DNA of 64,000 nt, taken from the NCBI GenBank assembly GCA_965209085.1, contig OZ242376.1:704001-768000 (forward strand), written 5' to 3'. The DNA comes from Nitrosopumilaceae archaeon. Its GTDB lineage: Archaea > Thermoproteota > Nitrososphaeria > Nitrososphaerales > Nitrosopumilaceae. The notes beneath the pieces are model-generated. The model was not told where the DNA came from. It made no database searches and worked only from the letters and a program-made list of their open reading frames with translations. Of the stretch, positions 16,401-22,375 are shown in pieces (position 1 is the first letter of the stretch; each line of letters opens with the position of its first letter). The position numbers were made by a program, and so were the translations under genes.

Positions 16401-19206
16401 ATTTACAGTATCAGAGAACAGTCTCCCATCCGGCAGCGTCACAATCGATACAATCAATCCAGAGCTGACAAACCTGACCATATACAGCGACAATTTCAGA
16501 ACAGATTATGCAAAAACAAACCACATGCTAAACATTACAATTACTGCAAACGAGACCCTCTCTTTTGCAAACATTACGGTTCTAGGCAACACCCATGCGA
16601 TGAGCGTAAACGGCAGTACTGCAAATACAACCCTGACTGTAAATGACAGCCATGCAGAAGGGCCTGTAACATTCAACATTACCGCATTTGATCTTGCAGG
16701 AAACAGTCTGATGACAAATCAGACGCATCTGGACTCTTCAAACGTCACAATAGACAAAACAGATCCGCATCTGACAAACCTGACCATATACAGCGACAAC
16801 TCCAACTCGTCACTTGCAAAGGCAGGAAATGTGATAAACATAACTCTTCAGGCATCAGAAAAAATCTGGAATGCAACTTTGATAATTCTAAACAACACCA
16901 TAGACATGAGCGTAACAAACGATACCGCTTTTGCAAACATTACGGTTTTGCAAAACACCACAAACGGATTGGTGGAATTTAACATTATCATATATGATAA
17001 TGCAGCCAACACGCTTGATGTGACGCACGCTGACCTTGCATCCGATAACGTCGTAATAGACACAATCGACCCGAGTCTGGTAAACCTGACCATATACAGC
17101 GACAACCCCAATCCATCCTATGCAAAAGCAGGCGATCTGATAACCATCACGTTAACTACAACTGAGCCAATCGGCAGCGTAAATGCCACCATACTAGGCA
17201 AAACCGCCAACACATCCATCAACGGTAGTGTATCTATTGCAAGTATTTTGATCGAACAGGATGCCACAAACGGTCAGATCGAATTCAAGATGGACGTATT
17301 TGACAACACTGGCAATGTATACGTGACTACATACACCCAATACAATCTACGGACTGGTAATGTATTTGTAGACACGGAAATACCAGTAATTGAGCTCATA
17401 CTTGATGCACATTCAGCTAGTGATCTTGATGGCAACGTTGGCGACAGAGTGAAAATAAACAACACATACAATGATCCTGGATCTCGTGTATACGATAATG
17501 ATCCCAATTATGATGGTGTAGCAAACACCACGTCAAACGTAAACGTATCTGTTATTGGAGTATATCATGTTAAATACGATGCAACAGATAATGCAGGCAA
17601 TACTGCGCAATTAGTGTACAGGACAGTATCTGTGCTAACTATTAACGGTTCAGTAAACGTAGTATTGTCATTACCCATACCAACTCCTGTAATATATTCG
17701 CACATTGCATACCTAAATACTACAAAATGGAATGAAAATAATGCTACATCTTTTAACCATAATCTAATAATATTGATAAACAACACGATGGTGATAAAAA
17801 TTGAAAATTCTACCGTATTTGATACAAACACGCAGAACATTAGAAACCTTGATTTTGACAATTTCCTCATCCACGGCTCTGTATTAAACAACAGCCGCAC
17901 AGTATCACTTGGCCATAATAATATTAAATACGATATTTCATCTAGTGCCGTAATGATTACGTTCATTAACGTTCGGGATCTATCCAATGTGCCATTTTAT
18001 TGGGAAACTTTGAACGGGCCTACCACAAATATAGCGCGATATTACAGTGACGATATCCAAAATGGCACTATCGCACATCAAATTTTATCTGATAATTCGA
18101 CATTAAATGGCAGTATGTATACGGTGGATGCTGAGAATAGGCGTATAACAGTTTGGACAACCCATCTTACCAGCTATGCAATTAATGATATTGTTATTGG
18201 CAGTAATGGCGAATCTGACAATGATAATTCTGCGCCGACCATGGGACTTGGCAGCATTGGAAACCGCCTCGTAGAGAACGGCTTTGAGTATAACGGTCTT
18301 GCCGTAAACGCAAACAGGTATTATACGGAATTCCCGTTAATTGGCACAAACGTAGGAGCATTAAACACGCTGAAAATGAAATTCTACGACAGTGCCGGAC
18401 CTGCTGGCATAAAACGGGTGGAGATTGCATTTGGCGTACCAGACATCGGATTATACCACGAGGCTGAAGCATTTGTAGAGATTTGGATGCAACGAGACGC
18501 ACTTGCAGTACAAGAGATCGTAATTGAAGACAAACTAAACATACTTGAAGATTCGGACATATCGGTAACAATTTCCGAGACGTCGTGTTCAGGTGATGCA
18601 GAACAATGCTTGTTGGTGGATCTAAAATATTCATACAAGGAATCCCCCGCATATGAGACTGTTGCAATCAAACCCGTAGACTGGGATAATGACGCCTTTC
18701 AGTTTTACTTTAACGATGGAATACACGTTTATGGGGATTCGTTAAACCTTCCAAAAGAAATTATAATAAGCAACTCGCATGCCATATCTGACAATCGGGA
18801 ACAACTGCACTTGATTCAAACTGACAGAATAAACGGAATCTGGGTGGATCAGTATGGATCAACTTGGGCGATAAACGAGAATAACATAAGACAAATTACT
18901 ACCCTGTATGAAGAGCAAAGGAGTGAAAAGAGTGCTGGCATCCTGCACGGTCCGAATCGTCATCATGAGAGTTTTGAATCTGTAAAACAGCTCGAAGTTC
19001 AAAAAGCGCAAATAGTTGTAGCAGAGTTGCTTGGTTCAGCGTACCATCTAAATCCGTTGCCCGAGCACGATAAGGGCATCTACTTTTATGCCTCGGATTC
19101 AAACGGTGATAAAGCATTTATCACGATCTTAAAACTTGAAAACGAACGCATGCAAAAACTTGCAGATGAAATGTACGGAAACCTGCACGATGATGGCGAA
19201 GACTAA
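1..19206 (+). CDS. Giant surface/adhesin-like protein, 5'-partial (>6400 aa): five visible LVIVD-type beta-propellers, DUF5011-like and other Ig-like domains, a 20-unit stalk and a globular C-terminal domain
   Basis: Frame 1 is open from base 1 (ITQDNLTGEN...) to TAA at 19204-19206. The GTG at 202 is an internal codon of the repeat. Recurrent motifs are 'YALV....DGVQIIDITNPxSP' blades and 'YTYTA.AD.AGN.G....RTVTV' Ig-like domains. Confidence 0.9.
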   Translation: MTQDNLTGENLIIDTIPPLLYLYGANNTVSPLGATYADDGAYSYDTSYGKQNVSGTGAVNTNSVAEYVITYAVSDWAGNQRQITRTISVEILPEISLTNQIYSFLASPTSNVTKSAAYPHLKDPRNLEIAQIGGTTYALAIGYGGSSITILDISYPQSPSLVFSANTSTANYENLNGVIGISVIQIQSKTYAVTASLFSNSVTMMDITNPASPIVTSSIVNGTNYPFLDVPYSVSTVHIDNNAYALVPSYPNNWVAILDITNPASPIHVGVMKNGTDYALNGVQYVTTVNIDGSTYVLAASRNGNNIAIINISNPASPVQVHVISDSNGVDLELYHVIRIEILHQNGRIYALATGGDNGVQIIDITHIELPFPVSAVQNENGYPALVLAQDIATIRVGNSTYALAPSKPANAVQIIDITNPQLPQPVSAIGSNTDTSYLNDPYAIETVTINGDAYAVVTSRTSNGVQIIKLEHAIESIPSAFSIASNNSNNAYAKAGDTISMQLAVNDTISSYAVQFVNPSVSVTTTSGINTINALVTIPTVSIQGYANYTVSLENSLKVTLNLTQDDIIGQNVFVDTIPPGIELIGPAQYTVFVGTQNPTIPGAKALDESPGYSVSNYTVASDPLNTSNIGDTVTYTYTANADAAGNLGASINRTVTVVDFDPIIFTSLIVNSDNSNSSYVKSGDVITITLVTDGSDIGNATGDILGDSFTAFASGGSISLTKTVTQSDTNGNLTFDIYVTNSTDHAIRITQDNLTGENLIIDTIPPLLYLYGANNTVSPLGATYADDGAYSYDTSYGKQNVSGTGAVNTNSVAEYVITYAVSDWAGNQRQITRTISVEILPEISLTNQIYSFLASPTSNVTKSAAYPHLKDPRNLEIAQIGGTTYALAIGYGGSSITILDISDPQSPSLVFSANTSTANYENLNGVIGISVIQIQSKTYAVTASLFSNSVTMMDITNPASPIVTSSIVNGTNYPFLNVPYSVSTVHIDNNAYALVPSYPNNWVAILDITNPASPIHVGVMKNGTDYALNGVQYVTTVNIDGSTYVLAASRSGNNIAIINISNPASPVQVHVISDSNGVDLELYHVIRIEILHQNGRIYALATGGDSGVQIIDITHMELPFPVSAVQNENGYPALVLARDIATIRVENSTYALAPSDSTNAVQIIDITNPQLPQPVSAIGSNTDTSYLADPYAIETVTINGDAYAVVTSRTSNGVQIIKLEHAIESIPSAFSIASNNSNNAYAKAGDTISMQLAVNDTISSYAVQFVNPSVSVTTTSGINTINALVTIPTVSIQGYANYTVSLENSFGVELNLTQDDIIGQNVFVDTIPPRIELIGPAQYTVFVGTQNPTIPGAKALDESPGYSVSNYTVTFGPLNTSNIGDTVTYTYTANADAAGNLGASINRTVTVVDFDPIIFTSLIVNSDNSNSSYVKSGDVITITLVTDGSDIGNATGDILGDSFTAFASGGSISLTKTVTQSDTNGNLTFDIYVTNSSDYAIRVTQDDLTSGNIIIDTTAPNITLNGANNTVSLLNRTYADKNATAYDLSYGYKTILPTGSVTTTSVGNYTLTYTAPDDPAGNPGNTISRTVIVSDAAPLVLVTKFIHSPSGTLTRGIDFPNAIFTNNINLFETSGKTYVLLAHGSSGAWIIADVTNPASPSAVFSNNTFASAYITSIFTIDNNPYAIAVGSTGTTRIIDISLPASPSVIATLVNGTEYPRLYNALGVTTVTIGASTFALVASGNPSNGVQIIDITNPHSPSPVSYITDDTDGYLELGGAFDITTVTIGSSVYALVASITDDGVQIINITDPYNPSNTSSVTDGNEGYDKLDGAYGITTVTVGSSVYALVASFIDDGVQIINITDPYNPSNASSATDGIGGYDTLDGPDSITTVTVGSSVYALVVSIFDEGIQTIDITNPYNPKPAYSFIDNTDGYENLNQPRDVITATINGAAYAFIPATEGLQIIKLESPPVNIISNNTNPAYAKTGDTLTIQFTINDTISSHTSQILGLTPAVSISGADFSATITVPPVQTESYATFAAEVVNNDGATLSVTENDVPLASNVFIDTIGPRISLIGASSFTVILNSTDPFIPGAIITDGDPNYPNTFTITINGTLDTGVINSTVTYTYTAAADGAGNAGSSVTRTVTVVEAEPITINSLTIASSSGTNYANANKTITVTLATDGSDLGNFTGTLLGRSFTNTTNGGSAEFTATVVSGDDGNATFSITVTNSSGSQISITNANITDGSYVTIDTIKPVIALTGGNDSVLQGETYQDPGTIVSDSNNASYAGPVSASSIDTSTLGAKTITYTGTADAAGNEPNQITRTVTVLAKPLGINSLTIESNNNVNTSFAKDGDVITVTLVANGTIGNVTGVIAGNSATYTVTGNNASATVTVDGTFTDTASVTFSITVYNEDNSTFRTFTNTNLTGSNIAIDTTAPSITLNGANNTIVIMNQPYEDPNATASDTSYATGSVQVSGAGNVNTAIVGNYTLTYTAPDDYAGNTGPIITRTVIVPDAPTINITNFTITSDNSNTSYAKAGDTLTLTLSVNDTITNYTGKILNIAPDTQTLGNNDRTFSQTLLVPTSATESYANFTATVENVNGTTLTVTENDLTGPNVFVDTIPPNITLIGLADSDIVLNSAYTDLGATARDGDPNYSGNYTSTINGTFGTATLGAIYEYTYTADADAAGNPGDSVNRTVTVVNLPFGLYDIQYNLTVYPIYDIHDSTSVNPTDYNTLKGAIDSSIVRINNSIYVLVAAFVDDGVQIINITDPESPESVYDINSVNGFGNLDQITDIVTTQIDGFTYALTISNALNEIQIINITNISLPVSLDTLRDDASTILDDPRGIDVAQIGNHTYVLVASSTDNGIQIINITDPTSLQPVSNITDSVNLNSTSAVSIVKIDGHTYAIVAARYANAIQIINITNPSSPDIVSNATYAAGYAGLSDVFDVDTIKINGFTYAVTTSKGNNGIEIINITDPLLPARISNIPNPSEFIFGHDISTMHLDGLSYVLASSFRNDTVAILDISDPTSPFIAANISDGEEYPGLDGPHSVIPVEINGYSYAVVASEFDNGVQIIRLAHNTTAVQLPNFITNTTAVQLPNFITNTNANSSYAKAGDNLTIQINANYEITSHNVTILTPGLNHTNVSNGDRLNVSITIPDDPLIESYLNFTITISNYNSSLVLTQNNLTGGDIFIDNIQPTISLVNFSNYTVLRNGLNQSIPGAVANDGSPGYAGNYTVKTNDTLNTRILDHTVLYTYTADEDAAGNPGASIDRTVTVVNPSIGVHDVQYNFTVYPVSVLFDDNLNALQGVKDVSTIKINGSTYALVTVSGDNIIQIINITDPASPEIVTAIANTENFAIRTFIDEIVTLQIDGFAYALYASFNNNTLQIINITNISSPNTLNVIRDNSTLILNRTGQIDIAIIENHTYALVTSLEDNGIQIINITNPEFPSITSNITGRLFEEPFALSVVKIDDYTYVLTANFLRDNIRITNITNPKFPELVGVYPSVIGYHGIASIDSYNIDGSTYAVTGASISNKIEIINITKPLFYTHDLQLFDAPGYFLDISITQLDGRSYLIALSPYNDTVTIFDISDPELPYVAASISDGLEYTILNKPSSLDFFEINGYSYALVTATDDNGIQIIRLEYASSTPLPILITSDNANSSFARSGDVLTVEINANDTITSYNAVILDPTLNTTVTLVGENRLIASVIVPFEYAGGSATFNIIIRNPTSSFAVTQNDLTGKNVFMAIAVVNLTISSNNHDPSFAKVGDVIDITLQVTAQIQNATLIILNNTINMNVTNDTASANVTILQNSVNGPVSFNITAYDNIGNRFTITQANLTSNNVTIDTIDPLLVNLTIYSDNYNSSLATTGNTLNITITANETLSFANITVLGNTHVMSVNGSTANTTLTVNDSHAEGPVTFNITAFDLAGNSLVTNQTQINSSNVTIDKSTPGVSNLTVYSSNQNTSLAKAGDVINITLRASEQINNVTLSILNSTIAMSITNDTATANYTVEQNDTNGPVSFSITAYDNTGNTLTVTQSDLTSENVITDTINPQLANLTIYSSNPDASLATTGDTLNITITANEALQGANVTVLNATYVMTITGTSANISLTVNPAHLDGQVTFNITIFDLAGNSLTANQTNLNSSNVTIDSTNPQLTNLTVYSGNPNTSLAKAGDVINITLRASEQINNVTLSILNSTIAMSITNDTATANYTVAQNDTNGPVSFSIAAYDNTGNTLTVTQSDLTSENVITDTINPQLANLTIYSSNPDASLATTGDTLNITITANEALQGANVTVLNATYVMTINGTSANVSLTVNPAHPDGQVTFNITAFDLAGNSLVTNQTQLNSSNVTIDNTNPELTNLTIYSSNPDASLATTGDTLNITITANEALQGANVTVLNDTYVMTINGTTANASLTVNANNTDGQVTFNITAFDLAGNSLTANQTNLNSSNVTIDNTNPELTNLTIYSSNSDASLATTGDTLNITITANEALQGANVTVLNATYMMTINGTTANASLIVNDTHPEGIVTFNITAFDLAGNSLVTNQTQLNSSNVTIDKSIPGVSNLTVYSSNQNASFAKAGDVINITLRASEQINNVTLSILNSAINMSITNDTATANYTVEQNDTNGPVSFNITAYDNTGNKFIVTQSSIITGSVTIDTADPQLQTLTIYSSNSDASLATTGDTLNITITANEALQGANVTVLNATYVMTINGTTANASLTVNANNTDGQVTFNITAFDLAGNSLVTNQTQLNSSNVTIDKSIPGVSNLTVYSSNQNASFAKAGDVINITLRASEQINNVTLLILNSAINMNITNDTATANYTVEQNDTNGPVSFNITAYDNTGHEFIVTQSSITTGSVTIDTADPQLQTLTIYSNNPITDHAKTGHLLNITITANEALRGANVTVLNATYVMTINGTTANASLTVNANNTDGQVTFNITAFDLAGNSLVTNQTQLNSSNVTIDNTNPELTNLTIYSSNPDASLATTGDTLNITITANEALQGANVTVLNATYVMTINGTTANASLTVNANNTDGQVTFNITAFDLAGNSLVTNQTQLNSSNVTIDKSIPGVSNLTVYSSNQNASFAKAGDVINITLRASEQINNVTLLILNSAINMNITNDTATANYTVEQNDTNGPVSFNITAYDNTGNEFIVTQSSITTRSVTIDTADPQLQTLTIYSNNPITDHAKTGHLLNITITANEALRGANVTVLNATYVMTINGTTANASLTVNANNTDGQVTFNITAFDLAGNSLVTNQTQLNSSNVTIDNTNPELTNLTIYSSNPDASLATTGDTLNITITANEALQGANVTVLNDTYVMTINGTTANASLTVNANNTDGQVTFNITAFDLAGNSLTTNQTHLDSSNVTIDHSIPGVGSLTIYSSNANQSLAKAGDVINITLQATKPIQNAILIILNDTINMNVTNDTASAIITVLQITANGPVSFNITAHDIVGNAFTVSENSLPSGSVTIDTINPELTNLTIYSDNFRTDYAKTNHMLNITITANETLSFANITVLGNTHAMSVNGSTANTTLTVNDSHAEGPVTFNITAFDLAGNSLMTNQTHLDSSNVTIDKTDPHLTNLTIYSDNSNSSLAKAGNVINITLQASEKIWNATLIILNNTIDMSVTNDTAFANITVLQNTTNGLVEFNIIIYDNAANTLDVTHADLASDNVVIDTIDPSLVNLTIYSDNPNPSYAKAGDLITITLTTTEPIGSVNATILGKTANTSINGSVSIASILIEQDATNGQIEFKMDVFDNTGNVYVTTYTQYNLRTGNVFVDTEIPVIELILDAHSASDLDGNVGDRVKINNTYNDPGSRVYDNDPNYDGVANTTSNVNVSVIGVYHVKYDATDNAGNTAQLVYRTVSVLTINGSVNVVLSLPIPTPVIYSHIAYLNTTKWNENNATSFNHNLIILINNTMVIKIENSTVFDTNTQNIRNLDFDNFLIHGSVLNNSRTVSLGHNNIKYDISSSAVMITFINVRDLSNVPFYWETLNGPTTNIARYYSDDIQNGTIAHQILSDNSTLNGSMYTVDAENRRITVWTTHLTSYAINDIVIGSNGESDNDNSAPTMGLGSIGNRLVENGFEYNGLAVNANRYYTEFPLIGTNVGALNTLKMKFYDSAGPAGIKRVEIAFGVPDIGLYHEAEAFVEIWMQRDALAVQEIVIEDKLNILEDSDISVTISETSCSGDAEQCLLVDLKYSYKESPAYETVAIKPVDWDNDAFQFYFNDGIHVYGDSLNLPKEIIISNSHAISDNREQLHLIQTDRINGIWVDQYGSTWAINENNIRQITTLYEEQRSEKSAGILHGPNRHHESFESVKQLEVQKAQIVVAELLGSAYHLNPLPEHDKGIYFYASDSNGDKAFITILKLENERMQKLADEMYGNLHDDGED
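9247..9325 (+). repeat. 36-bp in-frame tandem duplication (NTTAVQLPNFIT x2)
   Basis: aacaccactgccgtacagctgccaaatttcattacc occurs at 9247 and 9283. Confidence 0.95.
11260..17390 (+). repeat. Array of 20 x ~306-bp (102-aa) Ig-like repeats of two types
   Basis: Type A is AKAGDVINITL...AYDNTGN and type B is ATTGDTLNITITANE...AFDLAGN. A 918-bp higher-order period is visible (14341 vs 15259). Confidence 0.9.
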
Positions 19207-19276
19207 GTATGATGACGCATTTTATAAACAAATATTTTACAAACAAAACTCTCTATCATTCGAGTACGCAGTTGCA

Positions 19277-19440
19277 TAACCTGCCTAACCTGCACATTTG
19301 ACAATAATCTCATCTAAACAAATAGATCACCCCCCGGATATGGTGATTATCGTTGAAAACAAAACCTGCCAGAGATGATTCCGTATTGGAGTGAAAACAT
19401 GTAAGCAAGTCCGATGCACTTGAAGTGTTGGCAGACCCTA
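19277..19440 (+). pseudogene. IS5-family transposase relic
   Basis: It shares patches with the relic at 47120-47260 (aacctgcctaa, tagatca, gagatgat) and translates as 'RDDS...LEVLADP', a DDE-like segment. Confidence 0.4.
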
Positions 19441-20616
19441 GGGTTCGTGATCCTTGAGACCTTTGGAGTGAGTGGGGGTATCTGAGCTGCTGTGTTTCTT
19501 GGCTTTGAGCCCTGATAGGTGAGTGCAGCTTTTCAGCCGACAAAGGAAAAAGGAGGTGAAAAACATTGGAATTGACATTGGAAAAAAGACATGCGTAGTG
19601 TGTATTGTAGATGATTTTGGTAAAATACTAGAGGAGACAAAATACAACAATACCAGAAAAGATGCCAAAAAATTTGCCATACGTGTCAAAAAAAAAAGTA
19701 CAAAGCGTGCAGAGCAGTATGCGAATCCACCGCCAACATGTGGATAAAGACATCGAAGAATTTGAAGTTCAGAAAATATCTATAAAACTAGCAAATCCGT
19801 TTAAAACAAAGGCTATAGCACAGGCAAAAATAAAGACCGACAAGCTTGATGCAAGAGTCTTGGCACAACTGTGCAGAACGGATTTTGTGGCCGAATGCTA
19901 TGTGGTATCTATAAGAAATCCTGCGAAAATCGGGATCTTCTCAGGCATAGAATACGACTAGTGGAAGATCAGACAAAAGTAAAAGCAAGAGTAATCAGCA
20001 TACTGGACAAATACGACTTAACCAATACAGAAAAGCACGTTTGGCGTACATGGTATTGCATGGCTCAAAAAACAACAATACGATAACGGCAAAGGCAAGG
20101 CGATAATATTATCATGCATAAGACAGATTGAGCATATAGATTCAGAGATTGGTATGACAGAAGAACTCATCAGAGCAGAAGCAAAACATGACCAGTACGC
20201 CAAAACAATGAGTATGATCGGATTTGATTATTTTGGAGCCATGCTGCTTGCAACGGAAATTGATCGCATTGACAGATTTGATACGCCAAAACAACTTGTC
20301 TCATGGTCTGGTATGTGTCCTACAGTACACCAGTCTGGAGATTCGTTATATCATGGCAAGATGAAAAAAGATTCAAACCGTAAAGTGAACTGGATGTTGA
20401 CGCAGGCTGCAAACTCTGCGATAAGAGCGGATGGGAGGATGAAAAAATACTATCAACGCATACACAAAAAACATCCACACTCGGTGGCAGTAACACACGT
20501 TGCAAACAAAATGATAACGATAATCTGGCACATGCTGACAAACGATAAACCATACGATGTAAAACCAAAACTCTACGCTCAAAAGATCAACTGTGCATAA
20601 GGATTAGGCTGATTGG
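19441..20616 (+). mobile_element. IS110-family element A with a frameshifted transposase (about 19556-20600) and a non-coding left end
   Basis: DEDD motifs IGIDIGK and KTDKLDA, plus C-terminal 'SGMCPTVHQSG...GKMKKDSN', are split over four ORFs. Confidence 0.85.
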
Positions 20617-20985
20617 CAACGAGGAATCAACCATTGTGTCCGGATTGCTTACATAGGTGTTTTTCTGAAAGATGGCATTCTCTGCCAAGATGTTTATGTT
20701 GTATATGGAGGTTAGCCCATCCTCCATTACCCTGTATGAGTCATTGGCATATTGTTGTCTCTTTTACACCAAATTCCTCGCCAATCTCCTCCATTGTTTT
20801 GCCCTGTTTTCTTTTAATCCATGAGAGAAGACGCTGTTTTTGCAACTGGAATCTTTTCTTTTGCATGACAATTTCCAAGATATGCGTTGAGTTGTTTGCT
20901 TAGATTGTCCATATTGTGATGGATGTTGTACCGATCAAAAAGTTTTACTGTTTATGCAATATGAAAAGACTTTTGCTCATGACTA
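20617..20985 (-). pseudogene. IS630-family left end and N-terminal HTH relic
   Basis: The minus strand reads KQRLLSWIKRKQGKTMEEIGEEFGVKETTICQ*...GR..LS. The end is TA|TAGTCATGAGCAAAAG. Confidence 0.6.
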
Positions 20986-21046
20986 TAGGGTCTGCCAACA
21001 CTTCAAGTGCATCGGACTTGCATGTTTTCAGTCCATTAAACGGACA

Positions 21047-22375
21047 TTATGCGGTAGGATCTGAGATTCGACCCATAAATAAAATGGTTTCAGTCTGATC
21101 ATCCCATATTGCAAATATAAACGGATGATCCGCTTTGAATATGATTGAGGAGAATCTCAAAACATCCTCCATCGCAGCAGGTGGATCCGCTGGAACGGTT
21201 CCTTTTTCATGCACGTTTAAAAATGCTCTGTGAATCATATCGTCGATGCTTAATTCAGGTGCAGGTGACATATTCAACATGTTGGAATTTTTTTTATCAA
21301 ATGCATCAGTTATTCCAAGTTTTTTTAATGATGATATTAACGATCCAGAATATTCTGTATCTAATTTGAATGTTGGTATGATCACTTGAATGCTGTTCTG
21401 TAGCTCTGTGCTATCTATCCACGCAACAAATATCTCTGCTGTAAGTCTTTCTTCAAGTTTAGCAATACCGTACCTCTCTTCGGGAAGAACTATTACCATA
21501 GACAGACGTTGCGGATCAGACTTGTACGGGAGTTTTAGTATTTGTACATTGTCGATTTGTCTGTATTGTACATTCTCAATTTGTCTGTATTGTGCACCAC
21601 CGGCACGCACCATCACGTTAGTTTTTACAGATTCAACATTGTTTATCCAAAAATCAACGTAGCCTATTCTATCTTCTGCTATGAATTCATCCATCCAGGA
21701 TCCATAAAAAAAAATCGTGTTGACAATCATGAAATTCAAATCAGGATCCGATAGTGTCGTATAGTTTACTATTTTAGGTATCTTTCCCCTTGTTGAATCA
21801 TTCATCCATTTGTTAATTTTATCAGAACTTTGTGCATTAAATGAACCAACGGTATTGTTGTAATGGACAGCCATCGTATCGGTGTATTCGGGGAGTATTG
21901 GAAAACTATCTCTAACCCACAGGGAGTTTTTTATGTCCAAATCATAATCTGAGTTTGGGTTTGTAAGGCTCTCCACTAGATCTATTATTTCATTTCTGCG
22001 TGAATTATCATCAGAAGATATGTCAAGTGCGTCTTCCATCTGCAATGCAGTATTGTTTCTTGTACCCTCGTATGCCATCATCATGCCTACAAATATGCTT
22101 GTGGGTGAAAAAAAGATATTTTTATTACCGTCGGATTCGAGCATTTTGTACAAATTTATGGCAAGTATATTGTTTGCTTTGGAAACAGATTGTTCTGTAT
22201 TGTTTGCTTTGGAGATATATTGTTCTATATTGTTTGTTTCAGAAACAGATTGTTCTGTATTATCTTCAAGCTGTAATTTTAAATCGTATTCTGATATTAG
22301 AAATACAAAACCAAATGCGGCCGATATGATAATCCCTACTATGATAATTGAGAGTTTATCGTACGTTGAGACCAT
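21047..22375 (-). CDS. Serpin with N-terminal membrane anchor/signal and an atypical hinge
   Basis: Motifs NIFFSPTSI, INKWMNDSTRGKIP, NTIFFYGSW, FKADHPFIFAI and LFMGRISDP. There are 30-bp repeats near 22170-22260 and a 24-bp duplication near 21545-21595. Confidence 0.93.
   Translation of the reverse strand: MVSTYDKLSIIIVGIIISAAFGFVFLISEYDLKLQLEDNTEQSVSETNNIEQYISKANNTEQSVSKANNILAINLYKMLESDGNKNIFFSPTSIFVGMMMAYEGTRNNTALQMEDALDISSDDNSRRNEIIDLVESLTNPNSDYDLDIKNSLWVRDSFPILPEYTDTMAVHYNNTVGSFNAQSSDKINKWMNDSTRGKIPKIVNYTTLSDPDLNFMIVNTIFFYGSWMDEFIAEDRIGYVDFWINNVESVKTNVMVRAGGAQYRQIENVQYRQIDNVQILKLPYKSDPQRLSMVIVLPEERYGIAKLEERLTAEIFVAWIDSTELQNSIQVIIPTFKLDTEYSGSLISSLKKLGITDAFDKKNSNMLNMSPAPELSIDDMIHRAFLNVHEKGTVPADPPAAMEDVLRFSSIIFKADHPFIFAIWDDQTETILFMGRISDPTA

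Noticed and set aside
1005-19117. Many minus-strand ORFs over the giant gene
   Set aside because: These are antisense shadows of a codon-biased repetitive CDS.
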